NCBI GenBank assembly: GCA_000165425.1
Contig: CT868650.1
Coordinates: forward strand, 1 to 64,000
DNA from: Paramecium tetraurelia
Taxonomy: Eukaryota
Direction: 5' to 3'
DNA length: 64,000 nucleotides
This document shows, piece after piece, positions 1-12,769 of the stretch (position 1 is the stretch's first letter; each line of letters starts with the position of its first letter). Made by a program: the position numbers and the translations under genes. The notes below the pieces were generated by a model. That model made no database searches. It was not told the origin of the DNA and was given only the letters and a program-made list of their open reading frames with translations.

Positions 1-43
1 TCTCGGCGACCATTCTCGATTGCCTCATTAATCTATCGCGTGT

Positions 44-1889
44 GGGTAGTACTCTAATGGATTAAAATAGGGTTTGTGGAAGGAACCAATAGAGAATTAT
101 TGGACGTACCGAAATCTTTATTTATTTAGTTTATCGCAAGCCTATTATATTGGATATTATTTAGATGACAAGAGAATTGGAGCATGGAATTCAATTTATG
201 AAGATTAGATAATGTAATATCAAAATTAAAAACTATTTCTAGTGGTGGGGGAACATATGATGATAAACATTTCAAGAATGGAAAATGGATTGAATTGAGT
301 CAAAATTTTTCAAAGTATTGAAAATCTTAATTAAATATAGTAATGCATAGATCACATATAGTGGTTAATATAAAAAAAATAAAAAGATTAATCAATGGGA
401 TATCAATTACAGGTTTTCAAGAGATTATCAATTTGAATGGATGTAAAAATATATATATTCTTTAGTGGCGGAGGATCATACAATTAGGAAGGTTTTAAGT
501 ATGGTTAATGGATAGACTTGATTGATAATTTCTATCGGTATAATAGAAATATTTATTATTTCTAATTTCTTAGTTTAAGATAGGTTACATTTAATGGTGA
601 ATATTAAAAGAGTCAAAAAGTTGGAAGATGGGATACATATTTTAGAATTGAAGGTCTATTTTAAAATCAATTTTAATTAATGTAAAAGTTTTGATACTCT
701 TATTTTATAAATTAGTGGTGGTGGATCATATGATGAAACAGGAATGAAGAATGGTAAATGGATAGAGCCAAGCAACAATTTTTATAAGTAATCTGTTAAA
801 TATGATAAATTATATAGGTATAGTTAAGTTACTCATGAGGGAGAATATTAAAATGGAAAGAAAATAAATTAATGGGTTACCAGATACAAGTAAAGTGATT
901 AATTAGATTTTACGTAAAAATTTTTAATTCTTCAATTTGATAATAGTTGTTGTGGCCAATATGATGCAGTTGATGGTATGAAGACAGGATTATGGGTTGA
1001 ATTGAGTGATGAATTTAGATAGTATTAAAATTATATTATTACAAATAAGGGATAATTAAATTGCGTATTAGGGGATATATCAGAATGGGAAAAAAATTGG
1101 TAGATGGGAGATCAATTTTAAGGAGTTAAATTAATTTGAAAAAATGTAGTAAATTTTATATCAGTATTAGAGGAGTATGTTATTATAATGAGAAGGGTCT
1201 TAAAATTGGATTGTAAACAGAAATTAGCGAGAGTTTTTTTAAGTATAAGAATTATATATTTTATCAACTTTTTAGTTTAAGTTAAGTTTTTTATAAAGGT
1301 GAATATCATTATGGTCATAAAACAGGTAAATGGGAAATCTTCTGGAAGAATAAATTAAAAAATGAATAACTGTATAATAATAAATTATTATTTCATTAAT
1401 TTATTAGGGGATGTGGATTATATGGTGAAAATGGATTAAAGTAGGGAAATTGGATTGAATTGGCGAATGATTTCAATAAGTAATTTCTATAAATTATTAT
1501 TCATAGAGATAAATAGGTCACTTATTATGGGGAATATCGTTATGGATAAAAGGTTGGCCTATGGGTGACTTATTTTAGGTTCTCCGAAGAATTCGAGGAA
1601 ATGTATGTAAAATGATAAATTCCCTATGATTTTAGTGGTTGTGGTTGTTACGATGATGAAGAAATTCAGAATGGATTTTGGATAGAATTGGCTGAAGATT
1701 TCAGTTGGTATTACATTATTATAATTGAGTAATAGCTCTAAATAAATCATTTATTAGGGGGAATATAAAAATGGTAGAAAATTTGAGAAATGGTAAGAAT
1801 TCAAAAGAGATAAGTGGAAAATTGATTAAGGATTTTAAAAAATGTATATATTAGTTTTATTTAGTGGTGAAATGTATTATCAAAATTGA
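44..1889 (+). CDS. MORN-variant (GGGxY..GxKxGKWIEL) tandem-repeat protein, 5'-truncated
   Basis: About 8 units of ~230 bp, each reading GGG-x-Y..G-x-K-x-G-K-W-I-E-L..NF and G-x-Y-x-N-G-K-K-x-G-x-W in ciliate code, with short GT..AG introns at equivalent positions; ends GEMYYQN-TGA at 1887-1889. Confidence 0.85.
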
Positions 1890-3417
1890 AAGAAATGGAG
1901 ATATTATGCAAAATATTCATATAATTATTCCAAATAATTTATTTTTATTATTTAATTTATGGCTCCTATCTTTGTCAATTATTACTAAATAAAACTTGAA
2001 AAGAAAAATAGAAATGGTTGATATTATAATAATACTTTCATATATTTTAATACTTTGATTAAAATAATTCAACACACTATACTTTAAGTAAGGGAGTTCA
2101 AGGGTTTAAATATATTTAGATATGAGATTGATAGTCATTTTAATTTGTTTAATGGTTATTAGTACTAAATTATCGAAATTCAATAGAAGATATTTCTAAA
2201 ATTTAACTCCAGTTTACTATTATAGATAGTAAATACTGAAATATTTAGTTTTAATTAATGATAAACTTGGTTTGATGGAAAAAAATCTCAGATGCCTTAT
2301 TAGCTTTTAAAATATCATTTAAACAATTTGTAGAAATTTTCAACTCTATCAGCATCCTACTTATCTTTGATTTATCTTTCTCAAATATTTAAAAGCCACA
2401 AAAAAAAATAGACTTTCAAAATTATTTCAGGATAAATAGTTGATAATTAGTGTATCAAAACATGAATTTAATAAAATCACTTCAGAAAAGCATATCTTCT
2501 TCAATGCTCAAATTGTAGAAAAATAATAAGAATAGTTGTATAATGATTTTGAGCATTTTCGATTTATTTATAAAATAAAATTAGAATATAATGATATAAA
2601 AAGAAACATTAAATTGTTGTTAAAATCGCAATAGTAGATAGAAATATGCGCAAAATGATAAAAGGCTATTATGTAGTGATTGTACGGAAAATTTTGAATA
2701 GACAAACAAGACCATGAGTTTGAAAGTAATATCAAATTTAATTGATATACATATAAAAGAACACTGAAAAAAATATCTATTCTTAACTCATAGAAATACA
2801 AAATGAAATCCTTAATATATTATATGAATGGTTGGAAATCTAATATATATCTAATAATTATCCGATGATAAATATAAAACTATTACTAATGGTTTTATTG
2901 ATAAATTAGATTGTTTTTTTTGAATAATAATATTCAATAGGAAGATGATTTCGAAAACTAGTGAATCACATTAATTTATTAAACGACTCCTTAATTGGAA
3001 AAATTAAAAGTAAATTATAGGAATTCAATAAAAAATCAAGAGAATTAGCGTTTGTATTTAAGAAAACATTGATATATATACTTAAAATTGATAAATTTGA
3101 AATCAACCTAAAATTGGTTAATCATGAAGTCAAATGATCTTAAAATTGTTGGACAATGGCATTCATTCATTCTGGGTAAAATTTAGATTCAGAGTATGGA
3201 AAGAATATTAATGATATGGTAATTTTTTAGATGTTGGAAATTGGCGAAAGTGTAAAAATGGTTATAATCAGAATAATATTTAAATCATACAGGTAGAATT
3301 TTGTGCTTCGTATTATCTAATGAGAATATGCTGTTGTCTGGAATTAATGATTCAAAAATTATAGTTTGGAGAGTTGATTTTACTAATAATGCGACTTAAC
3401 ATTTTTTTTTTTTTTTT

Positions 3418-4324
3418 NNNNNNNNNNNNNNNNNNNNNNNNNNNNNNNNNNNNNNNNNNNNNNNNNNNNNNNNNNNNNNNNNNNNNNNNNNNNNNNNNNN
3501 NNNNNNNNNNNNNNNNNNNNNNNNNNNNNNNNNNNNNNNNNNNNNNNNNNNNNNNNNNNNNNNNNNNNNNNNNNNNNNNNNNNNNNNNNNNNNNNNNNNN
3601 NNNNNNNNNNNNNNNNNNNNNNNNNNNNNNNNNNNNNNNNNNNNNNNNNNNNNNNNNNNNNNNNNNNNNNNNNNNNNNNNNNNNNNNNNNNNNNNNNNNN
3701 NNNNNNNNNNNNNNNNNNNNNNNNNNNNNNNNNNNNNNNNNNNNNNNNNNNNNNNNNNNNNNNNNNNNNNNNNNNNNNNNNNNNNNNNNNNNNNNNNNNN
3801 NNNNNNNNNNNNNNNNNNNNNNNNNNNNNNNNNNNNNNNNNNNNNNNNNNNNNNNNNNNNNNNNNNNNNNNNNNNNNNNNNNNNNNNNNNNNNNNNNNNN
3901 NNNNNNNNNNNNNNNNNNNNNNNNNNNNNNNNNNNNNNNNNNNNNNNNNNNNNNNNNNNNNNNNNNNNNNNNNNNNNNNNNNNNNNNNNNNNNNNNNNNN
4001 NNNNNNNNNNNNNNNNNNNNNNNNNNNNNNNNNNNNNNNNNNNNNNNNNNNNNNNNNNNNNNNNNNNNNNNNNNNNNNNNNNNNNNNNNNNNNNNNNNNN
4101 NNNNNNNNNNNNNNNNNNNNNNNNNNNNNNNNNNNNNNNNNNNNNNNNNNNNNNNNNNNNNNNNNNNNNNNNNNNNNNNNNNNNNNNNNNNNNNNNNNNN
4201 NNNNNNNNNNNNNNNNNNNNNNNNNNNNNNNNNNNNNNNNNNNNNNNNNNNNNNNNNNNNNNNNNNNNNNNNNNNNNNNNNNNNNNNNNNNNNNNNNNNN
4301 NNNNNNNNNNNNNNNNNNNNNNNN
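3418..4324. other. Assembly gap (N run) preceded by a poly-T tract
   Basis: Run of N characters. Confidence 1.
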
Positions 4325-5778
4325 CATAATCACTCATTCAAATAAAAAAATATATTATTACTCAATTGATTAATAATTTTATATCATAAATTATAAATAA
4401 ATCAGCTATTTTACTCAAATATGTTTTATCTTTTGCAAGCTTTTCTCTTCTCATTCAAATAAAAGGATCTTATAAAATAATTGAGTAGATTGAAATGCAT
4501 TCTTTTGGTCATCATTAAGTTGTGTTGAAGGGATAAAAATCTTTGAAAACAATTATGATACCAAATAGATAATATGCAAGATGAGAGTAATATATAAACC
4601 TACTACAACTTCATTAAATAGAAATTGGTAAATGTTGAAACAGAAAAATAATACGTTCTATTGTTTTAAAATTATAACATGTAATTACATCCATATTTCT
4701 CAAAATCAAAAAAATAACCCATCTTTTCAATTTCTTAATATTTCATTAATATAGAATTTCTTTCCTGTTTCTACCAAAAAAAATTACTAAATATCTTTCC
4801 ATCATTTGTTAATGCTCCATCAATAAATATTGTATAATAATTATCTAAATCAAAATTACATTAATATAATGGTTTATTTGTAAAATTTTCTTACACTACA
4901 AATTAATGACAATAGCTACTTAATCTTAAATATCATTTCAATGAATATTAATAGTATAATTGATTCTTTAAAAAATCTACTTTCCAAATTTTGATTTGAA
5001 ATAACTTTTCCTTTAGAGAAGTGTAGGTTTTCAGATTGATCAAAATCAAACAAACTCTGCAATTAAATGTTATTAATAGAATTCTTCCATTCTTTACTTT
5101 TTATTTAATTCCATCAACAGATTGTTTAATCAAAAATAGCTGATAGAAAACTATTGATCTATTTACTAAATTACAGGGAAGTAATTGTCTTATTGATGCC
5201 GTTAAGAGTAGTAATCTCGCTCAAGGTTCCTTACTAAAATTTCCATACTCTAATCTCAGAGTCATTGGTGGATATCATAGTGATCCAGATAATTTAAAAG
5301 AAATGCATAACATTATCTGGTTGATTAATTGGATTATCGCGTAATTTTAGAAGATGAGTTATATCATAATTTGTATGAAAATTAACATGATTAGAAATAT
5401 ATCGAAAGAGTCTAGATGTAAAATAAATTATATTGGACTTTTCACCATTGATCATGAAATTAGTTGGAAAATTTCACCAATATGATTATTAACCTTACAA
5501 ATCTTAAAAATTAAAGTTATATACTTTTTATGATTATAAAACAATAAAGTTATTAATTTAGTTTAACTTAGTTATTTCATTATCTAAGGCAATGTGTTTT
5601 ATGATTGCATAGATTAGGGAATTACTAACTATCTATCTATTGCTCTGGAATTTAATTCAGCAATAAAATAAATGATTGATACTTGGTTTTTTCGAATGAA
5701 GTGAAATAAACATTTCAGAAATAATTATAACATCAAAAAAAATTCTTTTATAAAAAATATTAAGGTAATAAAATTTAA

Positions 5779-6492
5779 TCATAGTTATTACTTCTCAAAT
5801 TATTATTTTTCTTCTAATTTCTCTAATTATTTTATCATCTTCTCATATTTTTGCGATTTATTTTGATATTCATAATAAAAATCGTAATAATCATTCTATC
5901 TTACTTCAATTATCGATCCAATATATAAATACATAAATTCTGCACCCTAAAAATAATTAAGAATATTTTAGCAATTTAATTCAAACATTTACGACAACAG
6001 CCCCAGTTTTATTTTTGAGATTGTTTCCGGTTAAAATTCAAAAATTCTTTTGATTAATTCATTTATTTTTGAAATTAATTATTTAAATTCTTACCATACA
6101 GTATAATTATCTTTGCTCATTTTATCTATCGGACTTATCAAAACGTTAAAATATTTGATAATCTCTATTAACATGAAAGGAGGTGTTGATAATGTTTTGA
6201 TTTCAAAGAAATATGACATTTTAAATATACCTGACCAATATTCTCTCAATTTTATTTTATCTTACTCAATCTAATTTTTGCATTCTTGTAATTTTTGCTT
6301 ATCTTCTTGTAAATTTGTTAACTAAAATTTGATTTAATTCTTTTTCAATGTGATAATTAGTTTCACTAAAAAATCCATATCTGAATTTAATAATCGTAGT
6401 TATAAATAACTAGTGATATCTAAAAATTAACAAATTTAGGCCACAACTTCTGGTCTAACTGCCAGAAAGTATTACTTTTGAAACTTATTCAT
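5779..6492 (-). CDS. Intronless 237-aa protein: F-box-like N-terminus, coiled coil, dynein-stalk microtubule-binding-like domain, coiled coil
   Basis: Open 714-nt frame in ciliate code: MNKFQKQYFLAVRPEVVAQICQFLDITSYLQLRLLN...FEIKTLSTPPFMLIEII...WQEFKQLISKINELIKRIFEFQPETIS...QGAEFMYLYIGSII...KQLEKLEEKQQ*; domain calls by eye. Confidence 0.75.
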
Positions 6493-7476
6493 TTTTTTAT
6501 AAGTAAAAATATAATATTAATTTAATTACGAGGAGATATTATAAATTGATTTTTTTAATTCTTAAAGTCCTTCCTTTAACTTAAATAGGTAAATTAGACA
6601 TATTATTGGGCAGTATATTTAAATTTATAAAACTATTTTTATATAATCCAAAACAGAGTATATTTATATATTTGTTATTTTTGTAGATTAATTATCATTT
6701 TATAATTAGTATACAGTCGAGTTAGAATTCTATAAACATAAATTTATAATATCATTCATATTAATTTTGTTGAATTAATTTGAGGAAAATTAACTCTCCT
6801 AAGAACAAGAGTGATTTGGTTTGAGATGCATCTAGCCATCATTAATCATAATTATGAGGATATCATTATGTAATTATTATTACAACATATTTTCTCAAAA
6901 GTAAAGAATTAAAGGGAAAAATATTTTGATGAAACCTATTATTCAGATAAATGGTTTTCTGAAAGCGTTTCTTTAGAATTTAATACTATCTATTGCCAAA
7001 AGGTTTTCAAAATCATTTGAAAAATACAGCTAGCACTTAGAAGGCCCAACTCAATATTTTTTAGAAAAATAATAATAAAATACTTTTGGATAATATAATC
7101 AGATTGATCTTCTTATATTAATTGGATCTAGTGACTTAACCAATTTAATTTTAATTACGGAAAGATCTTTATATTTTGAATTTTATTTGTGAATAATATG
7201 GCAGGTAATTTACGAAGTAATAATTATCTAAAATTCTATAATTCATGATTTTCTATAATTTTTAAAGTTTAAGCTATGGCAATTATTTCCTTATGATAAT
7301 ATGGGTTGTTAATCAGTGTTGATTCATATTTTAATAAACTACATTTTTCTAAACTCTGTAAGAATTTAATAGAGTTAGAAGAAATTTCGATATAAATGAT
7401 TAATAGATAGTTAGAATTTCATTTCAAGGAAATATAAAAGCGATTAGATGTATTTGTTGATTATTCTTATAATTTT

Positions 7477-7626
7477 NNNNNNNNNNNNNNNNNNNNNNNN
7501 NNNNNNNNNNNNNNNNNNNNNNNNNNNNNNNNNNNNNNNNNNNNNNNNNNNNNNNNNNNNNNNNNNNNNNNNNNNNNNNNNNNNNNNNNNNNNNNNNNNN
7601 NNNNNNNNNNNNNNNNNNNNNNNNNN
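7477..7626. other. Assembly gap (N run)
   Basis: Run of N characters. Confidence 1.
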
Positions 7627-8312
7627 AATAATCTCAGATTTAATTAAACTTCCAAAACTAGTGCAACCATAATAACCAAAATAATCAAAGAATACTTTCA
7701 ATTCAAAATAATCGGATTTAAAAATTAATAATAATTAGTATTATCATAAGAATCCTAATCAACTGATATATCAATTTTTATTTGAACATTTTATAATTAG
7801 ATAATTAAAGATAGCTTAATGTATTAAGGTTCATTTTTAGAACTTAGTAGGTATAACAGAATAAATATAAATGAAGCTAAGTAAGGAATCTGGAATTAAA
7901 TTCAAATGATATATCAAATATAAATTTTTTCAACAAAATTAATGGATTTTTTAATGAATTATCTCAGATCATATGGATTAAGTTGATTAATAAAGTTTAA
8001 ATAATAATAATAAATATTTTTAAAGGGCTATAATATTTAGCTTTTTTCTCTCAACTTAATTACTTGTACTTAAGAATAGAGAGAAATCATTTTAGACTTG
8101 GCTAGAGTTTATAAAATTAAAGATAAGAAAATTCACTATTACAATACATTATTTAATTCACAGGAAAAATCATGCTTATATCAAACATAAAGAATTAGAT
8201 TAAATCCATATTTAGTAGCAGTCAATTTTCATTAAACAGATAACATTAATACAACTAAATCAAGACAAACTTTAATAATTTATAGTTTTCTATTTATACT
8301 ATATTATTTTAA

Positions 8313-9130
8313 TCAGTAATCGTAAATGAATTCCTGTAATTTCTAGTTCCTATTTAAATCCATTTCCACCCACTCCAATATCTTAGCTCCCTTACAGAAC
8401 ATCTCCCATTTACCATTTTTTTTGCCGTTATTATAATTACTGATGTAAATTATTTGTGATTTCTCCCCAAATCCATCCCCTAATTCAACCTACCTCCATT
8501 ATCATATTTTCCACCACCACTAAATTAATGATATAACATTTATATTTACATAATTTCTTACTTATAAAAATTATTCCATTCCCCAACTTTTTACGCTTCT
8601 CATATTCCCCACAATATGTTATTTAAGATTTCTCCAAAAACCCCTCTCTAAGTTCAATCCATTACCCAATCTTAATTTCTGAATCTCCTAGATCATATTA
8701 TCCACCTCCTGTAATAATTATTAATAATCTTTTTAGCTTTACATTTTTTTATTTTAGCTATCAACCCCCATCTTCAATAAAATTTCCCATTTACCAACTT
8801 TTTGCCTTTTTTATATTCACCATTATAAATTGCAAATGATTTCTCCCAAAATCCAGGCCAAAATTCTCTCCAGATTCCAGATTTTTCTCCAAAATCATTA
8901 TATTCTCCCTGACAGCTAATGTATTTATATTTTTCATACACTTATTATTCTTTATAAAACTATTTCCAGGTTCCTTTTATCTAGTCATATTTATACTCTC
9001 CAAATTCATATGCCTATGCTTTGCTATTAACTAAGAACTATTAACTTACCTCCAATAATTTGAAATTATTTCTTTCCATTTGCCTTATTTTTTCCCATCA
9101 TTTGTGTAACATTTTTTTAATTTGAATTTC
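8313..9130 (-). pseudogene. Decayed MORN-variant repeat gene (same family as 44..1889)
   Basis: GKKQGKWKEIISNYW, GEYKKGKK/VGKW and GGQYD..KIGQWIEL units with short introns; 1-nt frameshifts at 8799-8803 and 8588-8592 and a deletion in the last unit; 5' end approximate. Confidence 0.75.
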
Positions 9131-10079
9131 AGTTTGTGATTGAATTTATTTCAAGCTCTTTTTCAATTATGTTAACTCAGAATTTCCATCTAACTTAAAT
9201 TCTTAAGATTTTTTGGTCACCAATTCTCGAAATTTACTTATAGGGACTGTGTATCCGATCTGCTTTATGCTCAAATTGGCATTCAACACAAAATTTCCTT
9301 TAACATTTGTGTTGGGCTAGACAGATCAAAGATATTGGAGTTGAAGGATGAAAATTGCAAAACATATTATTTAAATAATAATCAGAAGTAAAAAATAAGA
9401 ATCTTCACATTAAAACTAACTCTTTTTGGTTTTATAAATCCTAATAAAATTTGTTATATTGCAGAATGAAAATAAAGCTTAATATTAAAAATGGGATCAC
9501 AAAAAGATCTTATTAAGTTGGATAAGTTTTATACAATTAAGGCGCCTTGGTAATTGATTAAGTTCAATAAATTTTATCATTCTATACAAATTTGTATCAA
9601 AATTAAGATTAAAAATTGATGCTAGTTTCATTTTGTTTTAAACAATTATATTTGATATGTGAAATCATATTAATTTGATTTCCAGATAATTAGATATTGC
9701 ATTTATCATCTTTTGTCAGCCCTCGCTATAGGTGAGAACCCTTACAAATTCAAAGAATGCCACTAGACTAATTTATTTATTCTTTGATTTATTCCATTTT
9801 TCGGAAATTAATTGAACTTGAAATAACCCTTACCAGAAATACAAGTGATTATTTTAAATTTTATAATCGAAATGATTTCAAAAATCATAATCTGAAATCC
9901 ACCAATCTATTTTAAGGATAAAATTATATAATTTAATTATGATCATAATTCTTTGTTTCAGAAATTTTACTTATTTAACATTTTGTATCCCATAATTTGT
10001 TTATATATGCTTATTTGTTATTATCCAAAAGCAAGTGTGAATTTCCAAATTTAATTTTATGCTGGTTCTGCAATCTTGT

Positions 10080-10460
10080 TTAGATTAATCTATTTGCTCC
10101 ATACATGTAGTTAATGGAATGTGGCGGATTAACTGTTTAAGGGACATGTAAATTCTGAAGTTTATCAATAACATTTATGTTCTCTTATTAAGAAATTAAA
10201 ATAACATCATGAAGAATAACAATTTGTATTAATTCTGGACTATTCACCTATTCATAAGAGCAAAAGTGTTAGGAAGCTTTTGATTGCAGTTAGGAATTTT
10301 AGGCACCAAACTCACCTAAATTTGAATCCAATTGAGAAATTATGGCATCTACTCAGATAACCCATTTATGAGGATACAAACATTGCTCACCAGATATTGA
10401 TAAATTAATTCGCTAGTATTTTGTAAAATTTTGAGGATATGAGATAGAGAAACTAATTCA
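10080..10460 (+). mobile_element. Relic IS630/Tc1/mariner (DDE_3) transposase
   Basis: FKGHVNSEVYQQHLCSLIKKLK...FVLILDYSPIHKSKSVRKLL...LNPIEKLWHLLR, with APNSP in an adjacent frame; second Asp codon 10238-10240, Glu codon 10334-10336; first Asp and terminal inverted repeats not recognisable; ends approximate. Confidence 0.8.
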
Positions 10461-10976
10461 ATGATCCCTAGAATTAGGCTGGTATTTCTTAAGTAAGAGA
10501 TATGATTGTGTGATTTAGATTGTTATTTAACATTAAATTTGGATTCTTTTTGATGAGATGAAAAATGGATGATGGAAGAGACATTTTTGTTAGACAACTA
10601 TGAGACTTAGAGAATTTAAGAGAAGTTGAGAAAGAGAAACGAACCATCTTCAGTGCTGAAGTAAGCTTCTTATGCAGGGAATTAGGTTTGGATGTCTTGC
10701 TGGTACAGTCGAATCCTGCTTGAGCTAGTGTTGGAATGGGTCTAACTTCATAGAGGCAAACTGAAGAGGGCTATCCTGGGATCGCCTTAGGGACTGCTCT
10801 TACAAGCCTCATTCAAAGGTCATGTGAGGAAAAACATTCTAGAATTGGGATAATTCCAAACAACTACAATGAGAATGAACTGAAAAATATGAATTGATTT
10901 TACACATCATAGTTTGGCATATATATGTTCAGAATGATTGATAGGGATGACGAGATTTGAGAATATTATTATGAAT

Positions 10977-11201
10977 NNNNNNNNNNNNNNNNNNNNNNNN
11001 NNNNNNNNNNNNNNNNNNNNNNNNNNNNNNNNNNNNNNNNNNNNNNNNNNNNNNNNNNNNNNNNNNNNNNNNNNNNNNNNNNNNNNNNNNNNNNNNNNNN
11101 NNNNNNNNNNNNNNNNNNNNNNNNNNNNNNNNNNNNNNNNNNNNNNNNNNNNNNNNNNNNNNNNNNNNNNNNNNNNNNNNNNNNNNNNNNNNNNNNNNNN
11201 N
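10977..11201. other. Assembly gap (N run)
   Basis: Run of N characters. Confidence 1.
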
Positions 11202-11533
11202 CTATTTTAATAATTGTTATCCAATAAGATCTCCTTAATCGTTGGTTTAAGGTTTATTCATTTCTATTAAGAATTATTTTTTTAATTTATTTTAATAATA
11301 TTATTATAAATTATAGACACAAGCTTTATGACTAAACAACAATAAGAAATTATTAATAACCAATTTTCCTATTTAAGAATAACGATTTTTCTAATACCTT
11401 TTCTTAAACTATTTTATATTTTTCTGTAATTTTTGGTTTATGTATTTTCTGAAAATTTTTGTTTTATAATAAAGAAAAAATAATTAGAAGGTACAACTAG
11501 TTCAAATTCATAAGAGAATTAATTGAAAAATAA

Positions 11534-12430
11534 ATGGATTAATCAAAAAAATTAGTTGTTGTTGGAACCAAATTTCAAACCTAAAATGATAATCAGGAAT
11601 ATCTTGGTAAATCTAATAACAATAATTAGATTCAAAATCTTTATGAAAATTAGTTGCCATATATTATTAAGATTATATATACATTTATGTTATTAAAATC
11701 TGATTCAATTGAAGATAGAAGAAGCCAAATTGAATTGCAAAAGCCTTCTTCAATAGTGGAAAACAGCATCACTCTGTCCTTAAGAAGAAGACCTCATTAA
11801 AGAATTAACACAAATAAATAAGATGGGGAAGATTCCTATGGTAGTTATAATTTGGACCATCACGAAAGAAGTTTATAGAAAATAGATAGCACCCCAAGAG
11901 GGTCTCCTTTACAAAATATGCAATTCCAAAAGGCTTCTATATTCACTAAGGCAGCTTAAAAGCGATAATAATAAGGGCAATCTCACATCCCTGAAGTGTA
12001 AACTTAGGAAACATTTTAAAAAAAACAATAGGATGTTTAAGATTCTTAATAGAATCTAGAAGAGCTTAGAAATGTTATTGCAAAACATATATTTATAAAT
12101 AAGTGGTATTAAGGTCCATCATATGAGAGGGCAAATGATAATTTTTTTATTAGGGATGATAAAATAATTATAATCGAAGATGATAGCAGTGTAGATAATT
12201 AGGAAGGTTTAAAAAAGCCGGAAGAAATATTAAATAAACTTGTGGAGTCTCATATTAATCCAACAAACTATGTACTTCAAAAAAATGAAACTTTGGATAA
12301 GGTAAAAGAAGAGGGAGATAGATAATAAAAATTGAAGAAAGAAACAGAGACAAAGAAATTAATAAAAAATTCAGATGTTCGAATGACAATATATCCTGCA
12401 TATGATAACTTTTTTAAGAAATAATCATGA
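11534..12430 (+). CDS. Hypothetical hydrophilic protein (~298 aa)
   Basis: Continuous ATG..TGA frame in ciliate code (MDQSKKLVVVGTKFQ...YPAYDNFFKKQS*); no recognisable domain. Confidence 0.6.
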
Positions 12431-12769
12431 TATAAATTAATATGTATTTGAGACTTAAAAAAACTATATTTATACAATTTTATTTTAAGATATCGTCAAA
12501 CCTAGAGTTTTTAAAGTCAAAGAAACTCATAAAATTATTTTAATGAATTTTAACTAATATAAATTGAATATGCATTTATCATCATAATATTTGATTTATA
12601 ACAACTAGTTTTAATTTCTTTATTATAACTCTTCAGATCATCCACCTTGCATTTAAACAACATTAATTTTTAAACTAATTCTGATTTTTATCACTTTTTT
12701 GTGGTGGTAGTTCCAGAAAACTCAATAAAAGATTGATTTATATAATTTTAGAATTAGATACTTAATAAA

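Noticed and set aside
1..43. GC-richer first bases as a possible telomere or special element
   Set aside because: No C4A2/C3A3 repeats; more likely low-quality read-end sequence
44..1889. Periodic motifs suggesting a CRISPR-like array
   Set aside because: Repeats are degenerate at the DNA level, conserved at the protein level and interrupted by spliceosomal introns; the context is eukaryotic with no cas genes
2050..3400. Coding-like stretches (also 4325-5700, 6700-8260 and 9200-9950)
   Set aside because: Interrupted by TGA and frameshifts with no recognisable motif; probably decayed genes, but I cannot support a call
3374..4345. Long ORFs in the supplied track spanning N runs (also 7444-7701 and 10938-11210)
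   Set aside because: Artefacts of translating assembly gaps
12630..12660. SDHPP as an endonuclease motif of a non-LTR retroelement
   Set aside because: No other endonuclease or reverse-transcriptase motifs; the adjacent sequence is better explained as an ELMO pseudogene
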